A DNA stretch of 63,127 bases, filler included, from Octopus bimaculoides (GCF_001194135.2; 5 parts of 5 records of this genome joined end to end with filler, not necessarily neighbours in it); one strand, 5' to 3'; shown: positions 37,320-49,800, numbered from the whole stretch's first letter. Numbers and translations are program-made. The notes: generated by a model from the letters alone, not told the origin.

Positions 37320-37690
37320 AGCACCATTTGAGCATGATCGTTACCAACGTTGCCTTCCTGGCACTTGTGTCAGTGACACGTGAAAAGATATTTGTGCGAG
37401 TTCGTTGCTAGTACCGGTGGACTGGCTCCTGTGCAGGTGGCATGTAAAAGACACCATTTCGAGCGTGGCCGTTGCAGTACCCCCTGACTGGCCTTTGTGC
37501 TGGTGGCACGTAAAAGCACCCACTACACTCTCGGAGTGGTTGGCATTAGGAAGGGCATCCAGCTGTGGAAACTTTGCCAAATCAGATTGGAGCCTGGTGT
37601 AGCCATCTGGTTCACCAGTCATCAGTCAAATCGTTCAACCCATGCTAGGATGGAAAGCGGACGTTAAACGATGATGATGATGATGATGAT
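37320..37690 (+). mobile_element. RTE-tail-derived SINE or LINE 3' UTR with (GAT)n tail
   Basis: GGAGTGGTTGGCATTAGGAAGGGCATCCAGCTG..CAACCCATGCTAGGATGGAAAGCGGACGTTAAACGATGATGAT. Confidence 0.7.
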
Positions 37691-37984
37691 ACACACAAGA
37701 AAATTTTATCACAATATATAATGGGAAAACTAAATTTTTAATTTGATCCTTTTTTTAGGACTCAGAGGTACATGGGCTACTTTTGTTCAAGAAAAAAGAT
37801 TCTTGAAACAGAATAATTGATTTTAACAAAATTAACATGCTGTGTATTTAAGAAACTTGGCAATCATGTGATTTTGGGTCCAGTCAAACTGTGCAGTACT
37901 TTCGACAAGTCTCTTATATTATAAACCCAGGTCAATCAATGCCTTGTGAGTGTATTTGGTAGATGGAAACTTGAGTGAAAGCCC

Positions 37985-38520
37985 ATCATCATCATCATCA
38001 TTTAACATCTGCTTTCCATGCTGGCATGGGTTGGACGGTTCGACATGGAGCTGGCTAGTAGGGAGCTGTCCAGACTCCAATTGTTTGTTGTGTCATGGTT
38101 TCTATGTTTGGATAGCCTTCCTAACACCAACTGCTTAACAATGGTGCTTTTTACATGCCACTGGCATGGGTGCATTTACACAACACCAGCACTGGTGCTT
38201 TAATACAGCACTGGCATGGGCACTTTTTAAGTGGAAACCAGCACCTGAAAAGACAAGCTTGAATGTGTAGAAGACAGCAATTTTACTTAGCTTAACACAT
38301 CTTATCAAGTACAGCAAATCACCACATCTCCCTGTCCTTTGTCCTTTCCTCAGTGAGGCCCATTGTCCAAAGATACTTTTTTCACCAGTTTGTCCCACAT
38401 CTTCATGGATCTCTTCCTTTCACAATTAGAGCTTGGTACTTCTTTACACAGCTGTCCTCATCCATATGCATCACATGACCAAACCAATACAGTCTTCTCT
38501 CTTGCACACAACATCTCATA
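37985..38520 (-). mobile_element. RTE LINE 3' end
   Basis: Minus frame WFGHVMHMDEDSCVK, a 3' UTR homologous to 37320-37690, and a (GAT)n tail. Confidence 0.75.
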
Positions 38521-38996
38521 TATATATAAATTTTGCCTGTGCAATCAATTTTCTGTCATGCACAATATCCCTAGAAAATGGAAGAAATGATGTCCTAGTG
38601 ACCATGGTTCTTATTTTAGAACCAAACTCTAAATTCCAGAGCATGAGATATCTGAATAAAATCACTTTAGAAGATTTACTCAATTAAATAGGATGGGAAA
38701 AAGTTCATTTATCCTTTGTACACATATGGGTTGAATATGAATCAAACTTACACCAAAAAACACTTGAATAAAAAAAAAATAGTGAAATGTAGTGTGTTCT
38801 TCCCCTCATAATGTTCATATTCACCTTAAAGGTGAGACAACAGTGGTCCCAATATTCAATAGAGTGCAGGTGTAATATTTAAAAGGCACTCCAGTCTTTA
38901 CATAAAGACACATCTGTTGGCACAATATTAATAATTATCCTTGTGGTCCTCAAAAATGACATAATATAATGATTCTGTTTGAGGAGAACAGTTTAA

Positions 38997-39162
38997 CCTT
39001 TCTGATGAAATACACTGACTTTGTTTCAATTAGTTTTGAAAATAATGAAGAATTTAGTAAAATAGCATTGTTGTTATCAAGGTGTTTAGAATATAAACTA
39101 ACAAGAAAATTTTGATGTAAAGCTTTCATTTAGGTTCCTTTTGTTGGTTGGTATCAAGAGAG
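38997..39162. mobile_element. Putative piggyBac-type MITE (TTAA-flanked), degenerate
   Basis: TTAACCTTTCTGAT at 38993 and GGTATCAAGAGAGTTAA ending at 39166; the TIRs are imperfect. Confidence 0.4.
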
Positions 39163-39587
39163 TTAAAGTATTGAGAGGTGCATTCTTAATGAGAACAGTT
39201 AAAACCAGTTCCATCTCCTGGTTAAAGCCAATTGTCTTTATTTATACAGCTGAAACCTATTGGGAAAGGCATGAACATTGCACAATTTCATTCTTTTCTC
39301 ATATAGATTTATGGCTAACAATCTAAGTTACATATCAATATAATATGTAAGTCTGAAATCCAAAGTAATATATCACACATAACTTAATATCGTAATGTAT
39401 GATATTTAGTCTATATATATGTATATTGTGTGTGCGTGTGCATGTGTGTGTGTGTATGTGTGTGTGTATGTGTGTGTGTATGTGCATATATGTATGCTTA
39501 TGTATATGTGTGTATACACCATGAGAGATCACTGACCACAACATTAATTTTTTTTCTCCGTGTTTTTCTCCTTGTTTTTCTCCTTAT

Positions 39588-39624
39588 TCTTTCTGTTGAA
39601 GAGCGTAGCTCGAAACGTTAAAGA
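39588..39624 (+). ncRNA. Minimal type-I hammerhead-ribozyme-like motif (A6 to U core variant)
   Basis: TCTTT-CTGTTGA-A-GAGC(GTA)GCTC-GAAAC-GTT-AAAGA: 5-bp stem I, 4-bp stem II, palindromic ACGU stem III. Confidence 0.6.
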
Positions 39625-40464
39625 CTTTCTCTATTCCCGAGCGTTAAACTAATACATCCTTTTGTTGTTTACACCACCTATCCTCATCTGTTGTTGTTTT
39701 TTTCGTAAATTCTCCCATATATATATGTATCATTGTTATCATTTAATATCTATCTCCCCTGCTGGTATGAGTTGGATGGTTTGATAGAATCTCACAAACT
39801 GGAGTGCTGCACTGAGTTCCAATGTCTGCTTCAGCACAGTTTCTATAGATAGATACCCTTCTTAAAGCCAGTCACTTTACAGAGATTATTGAGAGCTTTT
39901 CTTCATGACACAAGACAAAGAAAAAGCTCCCTCAACTGAGTAGAGAGGAAGATGGCTTTATGTCAGATGATGAGAGATTAAAGTATGGTTGAAGGATGGG
40001 TATGGTAGAAGAATGGGTATGGGTATTCTGCTATAGAGTAGATACATAGCTGCCCTGTATTATATAAGGATGGGTAAGAGTAACTGGAAGGAAGACTAAG
40101 ACAGCTGTGACAAGATTTTAGAGAATACACTCAAAGTGTAGGAAGGTGAATAAAATAGAGAATAGGGACAGAGGATGAGGAGTTGTGGGTGGGTAAGTTC
40201 ATAGAAATTTGAGAGGAGATGATTAGAAAATGGGGTAGAAATGATTATAGTCAATGATGAACAAAAGTGGGGTTGTGGTTGATGATAAATATCAGTATGG
40301 AGGGAAAGCTATACTGCAAATTTCATGATTAAGGCAACTTCCTATTATTATATTACATTTTTAATGGAAGTCATATACTAATAATTATGACATCATAGTG
40401 ATGTTTTTTGACTGTTGGGCCTGGAGAAAGGGACAGTGCTTTTGACCTTTGCAGTCCCTCTTAA

Positions 40465-40754
40465 CCCATTACCTCTTGTAATTCTGTTAACTGGAAATTT
40501 TTTATGAAACTTTGATTTCTAGCATAAAACAGTCTTAGAAACACGCTGGAATGATCAAAATAACATTTCAAAATAACATTTTAAATAGAAATAAGCAAGA
40601 TATTGGGTGAAAAATTAGCAAACCTCATTTGAATATCAGAGAAATATACCTAGTAGATATAGCAAAAAGGTTAGATATGTGTAAATATTGACAGATAATT
40701 ACAAAATTTGTAATTTTTAAGTGATCTCATATGAGATCACTGGTAGGTAATGGG
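40465..40754. mobile_element. piggyBac-type MITE with TTAA TSD
   Basis: TTAA-CCCATTACCT at 40461 and AGGTAATGGG-TTAA ending at 40758: 10-bp perfect TIR starting CCC. Confidence 0.85.
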
Positions 40755-41051
40755 TTAAATCAGTGAGAGATGCCCTTTAGTATTCCTTAGTGTTTGTCTT
40801 GAATCTCTGTAAGTTAATAACTGTGGGAAAAGAGATGAGAAGGGAGAGACTTGTTGATAGCTAACATTCTGAGTAGAAAAGCCTAATGCTTAGTGATTAG
40901 TAAAAGGTTTAGTGGAGCTAATATTTAGTTAGTTTAAATGTACACAAATGCATAAAAATAATTTTCAATTCCATTAGACATTCTAAAATACTATTAAATT
41001 TCATTCAATTTTAAAAAAGGTAAAATCAGACAGAACTTATGGGATGACCTG

Positions 41052-41082
<31 letters not shown>

Positions 41083-41129
41083 TGTATGTTTGTATGTATG
41101 ATTTTCTTTTTAGCCACTAATGTAGACAG

Positions 41130-41990
41130 ATGGAAACATCTTGTCTTAATAGACAATGTCTAAGTGGATAGAAAAAGGCCAAATATTTAGATGTAGTTCA
41201 GAGATCACAGGATCCAAACAGTATAGGAATATTTTGAGAAATTATAGAACTTATTGCACAATTTAATCCATTTCTAATAGGTCACCTTACAGAATTTTAC
41301 AATCATGAAAGGAGCAAGCGGTTATAATTATCACCAACCATTTACAAAGAAATTATTGTTGTGTTGATTGCAAAATACTTTGAGAACTTTATTGTGGAAG
41401 AATCATAAATCTGTCAAGCATTCCTCAGTTTGTGTAGATTCAACGCCAGAACTGGCTCGTGTTGACCAGCTAACAGCTGTTGTGCGATATATGTACTTGG
41501 GAAGCCAACTTAAAGTTTTTAACTTTGCTGTTGACTGATGCTTACATGGCTGAATTACCAGCTACGTATCTCTACTAGAATTTCTTGATAAAAAAAAAAG
41601 TTATTGATTTTTAAGACTGAAAAAGCAGTCATATGACAATGCCAACAGTATATCTAGTCACTGCACAGAGTAAAAGATACGCCAACAGCATTTTTTCATT
41701 TCTAGTGCTGATCACTCATTTACTCTTGCTGAGCTGTAGCCGTAAGTGTATTTTTATTTCAGATAAATGTTATACATGTTTTAATTCTGCGTGAACACAG
41801 AGTCATCTCCTGGTATAAAGTGTATTAACTGTGAAGTCACCATTAAACATTTGTAGATCAGTAGGAGCTGTTGTAACTGAAATGCTCTAAGTTGGAAATT
41901 ACTGCATTCAAAATGTTCACAAAGAAATTGACAGGGATTGGAATACCTGTCGCTTGAAATGAAGCTCAGATATTGACGAGCAAACAAAAA
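41130..41990 (+). pseudogene. hAT (ZMYM1-like) transposase relic
   Basis: DPNSIGIF*EIIELIAQFNPFL, LSPTIYKEII, VDSTPELARVDQLTAVVRY and KQSYDNANSIS, all canonical hAT catalytic blocks. Confidence 0.85.
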
Positions 41991-42014
41991 TGAATGGTCA
42001 TTATCTAGAACTTA

Positions 42015-42198
42015 CCATATTTATGGCATAAAAGTCGCATGGGTATATTAGATGCACCTGAATAGCGCATATTCAGGGGGGAAAATGTTTTAGTTCATTA
42101 AAGCTTATGGAAGGCCCAACTTCACATAGAGAATCCGAGATGGGTTTTTTTTTAGATTTTTTTACGAAAATGGGCGTGTTATATGACATCAAATACGG
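42015..42198. mobile_element. pogo/Tigger-type MITE with TA TSD
   Basis: TA-CCATATTTATGGCATAAAAGTCGC versus GCGTGTTATATGACATCAAATACGG-TA. Confidence 0.65.
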
Positions 42199-42369
42199 TA
42201 GATTCCTGTATAGTTCAATACTACAAATAAAGCTTTTCAAGGAGTTGAAGCTTATATGAAGCATTAATGATTCTAACTGATTCTCCGGAAAAGTTTCTGA
42301 AATAATTTCGGGTTAAGTATGAAGAGTTTGAAGTTTGATACCAAGAATTTCTGTCTCAGACCAGAAAGC

Positions 42370-45300
42370 AATTAAAGACAGGCCAAGAAACAGAAATAAA
42401 ACGTAATGGAATATGTATAACATTTGACATATATGCGTTTAATTTCCAGAACGCATGCACTCAGCCCAATGTTTGATGGCCCCAAGACGTACTCATCTTG
42501 TGGTCTTATAAGGATCGGGAGTTGGAGTAGCTGTGCTTTGTCGGAAAAAATTAGGTTTAGAGGTGCAGACGATCTTCTCGGATCCGGCAAGTAAGTTAGT
42601 GTTACTAGATGTAAGTAATAATAAAGGCAGAGCCTTCAGACTAGCAACCGTCTATGCATCTACTTGTGTTGGACGGCCAGATTTCTCTAGACGTCTTGAA
42701 ACCTTCCTAGGAACATCCCGCTCTTTAGTTCTCGTAGGGAATTGGAATGGTATTTTGAATGCACGTTAAGATTTTGTAGGGTTAACCCATAGAAGGGAAT
42801 ACAAAAGCCTCGAAAAATATTATGACGTTTTCAACTTTCTGACAGAGAACCGACTGGATCTCCTAAATGTACCAATGTAAACTTGGAGCAATCACGATGT
42901 CTCCCAGCTTGTACTTAGAATATTCGTTAGGGTAACTGACAAAGATAAGTTAGGCTGTCCACAATACAAACTGGTCAGTTATACAGATCACAAATTTGTG
43001 ATCTTCACAGTCGCCTTACATAGGAGTCATAGATAGGGACCTGGCTACCGGAAAGACTACAGAGACCGGATGAGCGAGTTAGTAGAGAAATATCTAATGG
43101 GGGCAATAGTTAATAACAGGTAGTGAAGAACCCTGAAGAGGGCAATTAAATATGAGTCAATAGTATTAGTAAAGACCAAATGATAAAAAGACATAAACTA
43201 GAGGAAGATCTAGGAAACTAGTAAACTAGAAGAGGCAATTAAAAGTGGAATCACGACCAACGTCCCAGCGGCAAGGCGTTCAACCATTTCTTCAATGCGA
43301 AACACGAAGGCTGCGTTGTCAGGACTAGAGTACGTGCGCTAAAACAAGAAGGAACGAAATCTGCGGCGTGGTAACAAAGCCACAATTCCTTCTTTGACAG
43401 GTAGGGATGGGTGTGTACTGCACGCTTCTAAACAAATGTGTGGGGCCCTTTTGGAGGAGTTTAACGAATTCTTCAGGAAAAGCAATTGGCCACAGAGAAT
43501 TATGGGTCCTAGTACCTACCTCGACGAGCTGCTGCAACTCTTGGAAGAAGAGGCCAGGTACTGTGAAAGGCCAATAGCAGCAACGAAATACGAGAAGTAT
43601 TGAGTGGCTGCGCAAGGGACAAATCGCCCAGTTTGGATGGTCTGCTCTATGATTTTTATGGTTATATGCCAGAGTTGTTTGGTGACCTCTTGGCAAATGT
43701 CTGTCATAACTGACGCCAATACTGGGGATATTATAGACAATCTCCGGCCCACAACCCTGCTAAATACAGAGTTTAAAAATTTTGGCCCAAGGTGTTGGCA
43801 AACAGGCTGGAGCTTATCGTGGACGGTTTAGTGGGAAAAGCTGAAATGTGCACGATCCCCAATAGATCCATCTACGATAACCTCAATCTCATGCACTACA
43901 TCATATTGGAAATGGAAAGTAAATATGGTATCAGTGGAGCTCTGATCAATTTGAATCAGTTCAAAGCCTTCTATAGGGTCGACCATCACTACTTTGTGGC
44001 AGTCCTAAAAGCAGCCGGTTTCGGACGCGTTTTCAGTAGCTGGATATTGGTGTTTGATCAGTGGTAAAAGTAAACGGCCAAACCTCAGAACCGTTTCATA
44101 TCCCGCGCTCGATCCGTCTTGGGTGTCCTCATTCACTTTTTCTATATGTTCTGGCGCTAGAGCCTTTACTGCAGAAGTTAGAACACTTGAGAAGCATTCC
44201 ATTCGAACTGGAATGCGGGAGAGCTGTGTCGACATTTGCTGATGACATCACGCTCATGGTGTCAGACACCGCGGAAGTTCAAGTAGTAGATTCCATTTTA
44301 TAGGAATACAAAGTTATAGTATAAGCTAAGATAATCCGAACAAGTCAATAGGCCTGCGGCATGGCAACTGGAGAGGCAAGACTATGCCAACGAACAGAGG
44401 GACAGACGGACCAGTGAAATTCCTCGGTTTCTAGTTTGACCCGGACGTCCAGGTGAACAAGAACTGGGATGAGGTTACAAACAGAGTGGCCGATCTCACT
44501 CAGAAATGGGCCGAGAGGATATTATGTCTGAAAGGTCAAGCAGCGGTAGAGAATGCGCACATCGCCTCTTCAATAACTTATCAGTTTACTGTTGTACCTT
44601 GCCCCAGTCCACGTCTTGCTGAACTGGGGCGTTTACTTTTCCGTTTCTTGTAGAAAGGACTCCTTCCGCTCGTCCGGCGGTCCATTTATTGCCAGCGTCC
44701 TCTGGATGGTGGGCTTGGCATGCCATGGTTGCTAACGCGCAGACACGCGCTCCGTTTGTAAAATACGCTTTTCCGCAGCTTATCTCTTTGACGGAGCTGC
44801 AATCCTAGGTCAAGAAAAAAACCAAGATTAGGCGCCCGGCATGTCAAGAGCTGGAATATCGTCACACGCCCACTGCTCTCTACCAGTCGGTCAATACGGT
44901 CGGTGGAAGTTCTATGATAGCAATATATAGAAATCTAGTAGTGGGTAAGAGTGATGACGTTCTCGGTGAAACACTTGGCGCCGACGTGTATGAACTAGCT
45001 GGTCTATTTCAGACCCGGTACTATCATGGATAACTTCCAGAAATCTCTGGCCTAGCAGTGCTACCGAAGAACATTACTAGATCGAGGTAAACTCTACAAG
45101 CACAGAAGCACTGTTAGGCGGGACTGACCGAGATGAGCACAGAGCGACGAAACCGTTCTGCATGCACTTGTGAAGAGCCCGAGTACTGCTGACTTGCATA
45201 ATTATGTCGAACAGCGACATAATTTAAAGGCGGCGAGTTGGCAGAAACGTTAGCACGCCGGGCGAAATGCTCAGCGGTATTTCGTCTGCCGTTACGTTCT

Positions 45301-45975
45301 GAGTTCAAATTCCGCCGAGGTCGACTTTGCCTTTCATCCTTTTGGGGTCGCTAAATTAAGTACCAGTTACGCACTGGGGTCGATGTAATCGACTTAATCC
45401 CTTTGTCTGTCCTTGTTTGTCCCCTCTATGTTTAGCCTCTTGTGGGCAATAAAGAAATAAGAATTATGTCGAACAGCTGTTATCACGTGGGACAGATCCG
45501 AATATCGGCCGGATCCATCGGGAGGATCTCTTCACCACCCACCTTTAACAAGACAGGATAGGCAGACTGTCTAGTGGCGATGGCAAAAGAGGCTGTGTGG
45601 TGGACGAGGCTGAAAGAATGAAGGAAAGACACCTTCTTCGGTCAAGCTCTCATCGACTTTTTACGATCCACTTGGAAAGGAAGTTGAGGGTAGAGAGGGA
45701 AGTGCTACTTTCCAGTGAATTTGTGGAAATATGCGCCCGTAGATCGGATAATCTTGGATTTGTGAGGTTTCATGACTGGCCCTAATCGGGGTTCCTCCTG
45801 CATCAAGAGGACAGCTTCTTTCAAGTTACCACACACTTTATATACTATGTATACCTTTATCGTAATTCACTAACTTTTCCATTTCTTTCTCACTATCCTT
45901 TATGTAAATCTCCACACAAATTGTTTTCTGTCCTCTTGATACCTCCCTCATTTATTCCCCCATGGACAATAAAAG
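42370..45975 (+). mobile_element. Tx1/L1-clade LINE ORF2 relic (APE endonuclease plus RT)
   Basis: FRLATVYAS..LVLVGNWNGIL (APE), LRPTTLLNTEFK, RSIRLGCPHSLFLYVLALEPLL and TFADDITLMVS (44235-44246); many stops; AATAAAA near 45968. Confidence 0.9.
45228..45461 (+). mobile_element. SINE family A variant (different 3' tail) with 16-bp TSD, inside the LINE
   Basis: TSD AATTATGTCGAACAGC at 45200-45215 and 45462-45477. Confidence 0.92.
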
Positions 45976-45989
45976 ATGTTGTTATTATT

Positions 45990-46208
45990 ATTATTGTTCA
46001 GTAGTTTTATTTTTATAACGTACTTTCACTTCACTACCGAGCGCAGCTCTGCATGCCTTGGGTATGTGCTGTGGTTTGCTGTGATGCTCTTATGGTTACT
46101 GTATTGAAAGTGTTTTGCGTAGGATGTGTGCAGCGCCCAGTAGTGCAATTTTCTGTATGTTATATATATTTGTAAGTCCTGGTGTTTTTGTTATGTATTT
46201 GTCTGAAT
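45990..46208 (-). mobile_element. R4/Dong-like 3' end, same family as 1991-2582
   Basis: PGLTNIYNIQKIALLGAAHILRKTLSIQ* plus a near-identical UTR; (TTA)n on both flanks. Confidence 0.9.
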
Positions 46209-46451
46209 ATTTTATTATTATTATTATTATTATTATTTTATGTTTGACTTTTGTTTTGCATTTGTACAAGTTGGATCCAAGTCTCACCCAGAGACCTCAA
46301 GAGACAACAAGTTAGAAGTTCATGTAGGTGTTATGCCTAGGGTACCATATATNNNNNNNNNNNNNNNNNNNNNNNNNNNNNNNNNNNNNNNNNNNNTTAA
46401 TTAATTAANNNNNNNNNNNNNNNNNNNNNNNNNNNNNNNNNNNNNNNNNNN

Positions 46452-47055
46452 NGTTTCTGTCTCTCTCTGTTTCTGTCTCTCTCTGTTTCTGTCTCTCTGT
46501 TTCTGTCTCTCTCTGTTTCTGTCTCTCTGTTTCTGTCTCTCTCTGTTTCTGTCTCTCTCTGTTTCTGTCTCTCTCTGTTTCTGTCTCTCTCTGTTTCTGT
46601 CTCTCTGTTTCTGTCTCTCTCTATTCTGCCTCTCTCTGTTTCTGTCTCTCTTTGTCTCTCTCTGCTTCAGTCTCTCCGTTTCTGTCTCTCTCTGTTTCTG
46701 TCTCTCTTTGTCTCTCTTCGTTTCTGTCTCTCCGTTTCTGTCTCTCCGTTTCCGTCTCTCCGTTTCTGCCTCTCTCTGTTTCTCTCTCTCTTTGTCTCTC
46801 TCTGCTTCAGTCTCTCTTTGTCTCTCTCTGTTTCTGTCTCTCTTTCTCTCTCTCTGTTTCTGTCTCTCTTTCTCTCTCAGTCTCTCCGTCGCTTTTCGGC
46901 TGTTTGCTTCTCTCTCTCTTCTTTTCTCTCTCACTCTTCTCAGTGTCTGTCTGTCCTCCCGCGTTCTCTGTCTCTATCTTTCTGGTTGTCTGCCTTTCTT
47001 CCTCTTTCTCTACCACTCTGCGTGTCTTTCTCCACCTCTGTTGGTCTGTCCGTCC

Positions 47056-47110
<55 letters not shown>
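46452..47110. repeat. CT-rich satellite (GTTTCTGTCTCTCT units) grading into (CT)n
   Basis: Direct reading. Confidence 0.9.
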
Positions 47111-47469
47111 NNNNNNNNNNNGGTATGTGTCTTTCTCTCTATCTGTCCCTCTCTGTCATTCTCAATTTGTTCTCACCCCACCACACTAACTCCTTGTCTC
47201 ATTCTTTCAGTTTTCCTCCATCCTCTTCCTCAACGTCTGTTTCACACTTTTTCTTTCATTCAAATCTTATTCTCTCTTCTCTTCCTCCTTCTTGCCCCTC
47301 TTTCAGTTACTTTATCTCGTTCTCTCTTTTTAATAGTTTCTTCTTTCCTATCTCTCTGTGTCCGTCAATATATTTTCTCTCGGTGAATAAGTGAAGTTTT
47401 GCTCTTCAACCATTCAGCATTTTTGTTTCATTTTCTCACACTCTCTCTTCTCGCTGATATGTTTTTAAT

Positions 47470-47646
47470 CTTTTACTTGCTTCAGTCACTGGATAGCGGC
47501 CATGTTAGTCGAACAAATCGACTCCAGTATTTATTTCTTCTTTTAAAGTTTGGTACTTATTCTCTCGGTTGCTTTGGCCGAACCGCTACGTTAAGGAGAT
47601 GTATATAAACCATTACTAGTCGTCAAGCGGTGGTGGAGGACAAAAT

Positions 47647-47720
<74 letters not shown>

Positions 47721-47820
47721 AGGTATTTGCTGATCTGGGTTTATAGTAGAAGAGAATTATGCGAAACCAAGTAGTTGCAAAGCGAGCTTCTTAATCACAC
47801 AGCCATGCCTGTGCCTTTCC
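47470..47820 (-). mobile_element. SINE family C, degenerate
   Basis: Reverse complement of family C blocks with a long (CA)n. Confidence 0.7.
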
Positions 47821-47837
47821 ATCTGTTTTCCTTCATA

Positions 47838-48120
47838 TTCTTTTCTGTAGAAGAGCGTAGGCTCGAAACGTCAAAGACTCTTCCATTTTTCGTGAGCGTC
47901 AAACTAATATACATTGCTTGTTGTTCCCTCACCCGTCTCCGCCTTTAGATTTTTGTGTTTTGTATAATTTTGAACTGTATACCACAAGTGTGCTTTTCTC
48001 GGACTATCCTTTCTCTCCGGACCTTTCTTCTTTCATTTTTCTGACGAAGAGCCATGCTCAAAACGTCACACCTCCTCTTTTTTTTTCTATCTTAAATCGA
48101 GCGTGCCATACCTAATACAT
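47838..48120 (+). ncRNA. Two tandem hammerhead-like monomers (cores at 47845 and 48041)
   Basis: CTGTAGA-A-GAGC(GTAG)GCTC-GAAAC-GTC-AAAG and CTGACGA-A-GAGC(CAT)GCTC-AAAAC-GTC. Both are followed by GAGCGT..CTAATA(TA)CATT. The first monomer is homologous to 39580-39715. Confidence 0.55.
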
Positions 48121-48174
48121 TCACTGTATACTTCCTTTTGAGTTTTTTTTATTTTTTAAATTTTTGATTACATT

Positions 48175-48562
48175 AGTTCTTCCGTCGTTGTTGACGATGA
48201 CCAAAGGACAGCACATGGGAAAAGACGGGGTATGGTGTGTTCTGCTGTTGCCGATCAGGCCGATGAGTGCTCGGAAGGCACTGCTGTAAGTTAGGCACTA
48301 GTGGTCTGCTGAGACTGAAGGCGAGTAGTTGTCTCTGGACTTGCACAGTTTACGTCTTCTTTGTGTCTTTATAATCCTGTTCTGTTCGTAGGAGGTGGCA
48401 TCTCTGTTAGAGCAACCTCGCCTGGCAGGACAGTCTTGTGCTTGCGTTTCTCGGGTGTTGGGTTTGATCTCAAAACTCTTCAGTGATGCTTTGAATATAG
48501 TCTTGAAGTGCTTTTTTCTGTATGCGTGTGTGTGTGTGCACGCGCGCATATACATACATACT

Positions 48563-48601
<39 letters not shown>

Positions 48602-48840
48602 CTAGGGCGGGTAAAATTCCCGAAACCCATGGACGAATTCTCTCCAGCGGTTTTTGTCCCCCATCATCGCTACCATGTCCTGTGTCTCCCAGAGACCAGT
48701 GTCTGTCCTTTAGGCATCAACATGTCATCCGCGGTCTCCCTCTTCTAGTGTGTCCGTGCAGGCACTCCCACAAGAGCACTGAGTGCAGTATCAACTTTGA
48801 ATGACGGTGAGCATGTCCAGCTAACCTCAGTCTCCTCTGT
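48175..48840 (-). mobile_element. Two RTE LINE C-terminal fragments (48175-48510 and 48600-48840)
   Basis: IKPNTRETQAQDCPARR..SYEQNRII..LTYSSAFRALIGLIGNSRTH is the RTE C-terminal zinc finger; the second fragment is weaker. Confidence 0.7.
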
Positions 48841-49153
48841 GTTATTTTGGGGCTAACTACACACACACACATACATATATACATATATATTCCTTAATTC
48901 TTTTATATGTTTCAGCCCTAAGGCTGTGCCCACGCTGGGGCACTGCCAGTGCAATCACCTTTTCATTGGCCAGTTTTGGTGAAGGAGGGAGTTCAACACT
49001 GCTGCCCTCTTTTGAGTTTCCTACCTTGATATTGGGACCTTGGATTGCAAGAGATCAAGTTGTTTCTTGAAAATATTTATACCCATTCCAGATATTTTGG
49101 CAAGGCGTTTTAACTAGCGGTGGGCCCTTAAAACCCAAGCTATAATTATTGAG

Positions 49154-49185
<32 letters not shown>

Positions 49186-49194
49186 GATGATGAT

Positions 49195-49800
49195 GATGGC
49201 AGAATCGTTAGCACGCCAGGCAAAATGCTTAGCGGTATTTCGTCCGTCCTTACGTTCTGAGTTCAAATTTACCTTTCATCTTTTCACAGTCGATAAATTA
49301 AGTACCATTTGAACATTGAGGCTTCTTGTAGCCATGTAAACTGATCCTTTATGTTGAAGGGTTTTTCTTCCTGCTTGCTCTTCGCTTAGTAGTTTTCAAA
49401 TGATCGCGCAATCCGATCTCATTTTTTAGGCTTAGAGGTCTGACCACAGTGACTCAGCGGGCTAAGTAAGACAGCTGCGGTAATCAGTTGGCTTTCTATC
49501 GATGAGGACTCCTTCTCGGTGAATTACCTTACAGGGCTGGAGAGCCCTACCTATCCAGGAGCTACAAGAAGGGTATCAAGGGCACAAGTGAAGGCACGTG
49601 AATTAGTGGTTAGGGTGTTCGAGTCACGATCGTAAGGTCGTGAGTCGGATTCACGGCGGCGTGTTGTGTCCTTGAGCAAGACACTTTATTTCACGTTGCT
49701 CCAGTCCACTCAACTGACAAAAACGAGTTGTATTTGTATTTCAAAATGGCCAACCTTGTCACATCCTGTGTCATACTGGATCGAAGTCATTGATAACGCA
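49195..49800 (+). mobile_element. Partial SINE A (49195-49320) and a SINE with family-B-like body (49590-49800)
   Basis: GGCAGAATCGTTAGCACGCC head; GAGGCACGTG..GTGGTTAGGGTGTTCGAGTCACGATC head with GCCAACCTTGTCACA body. Confidence 0.65.

Noticed and set aside
48177-48285. Candidate 109-nt exon with polypyrimidine tract and GTAAGT donor
   Set aside because: Antisense to an RTE C-terminal zinc-finger region and has no recognisable product. Exonisation is not excluded, but it is unsupported.
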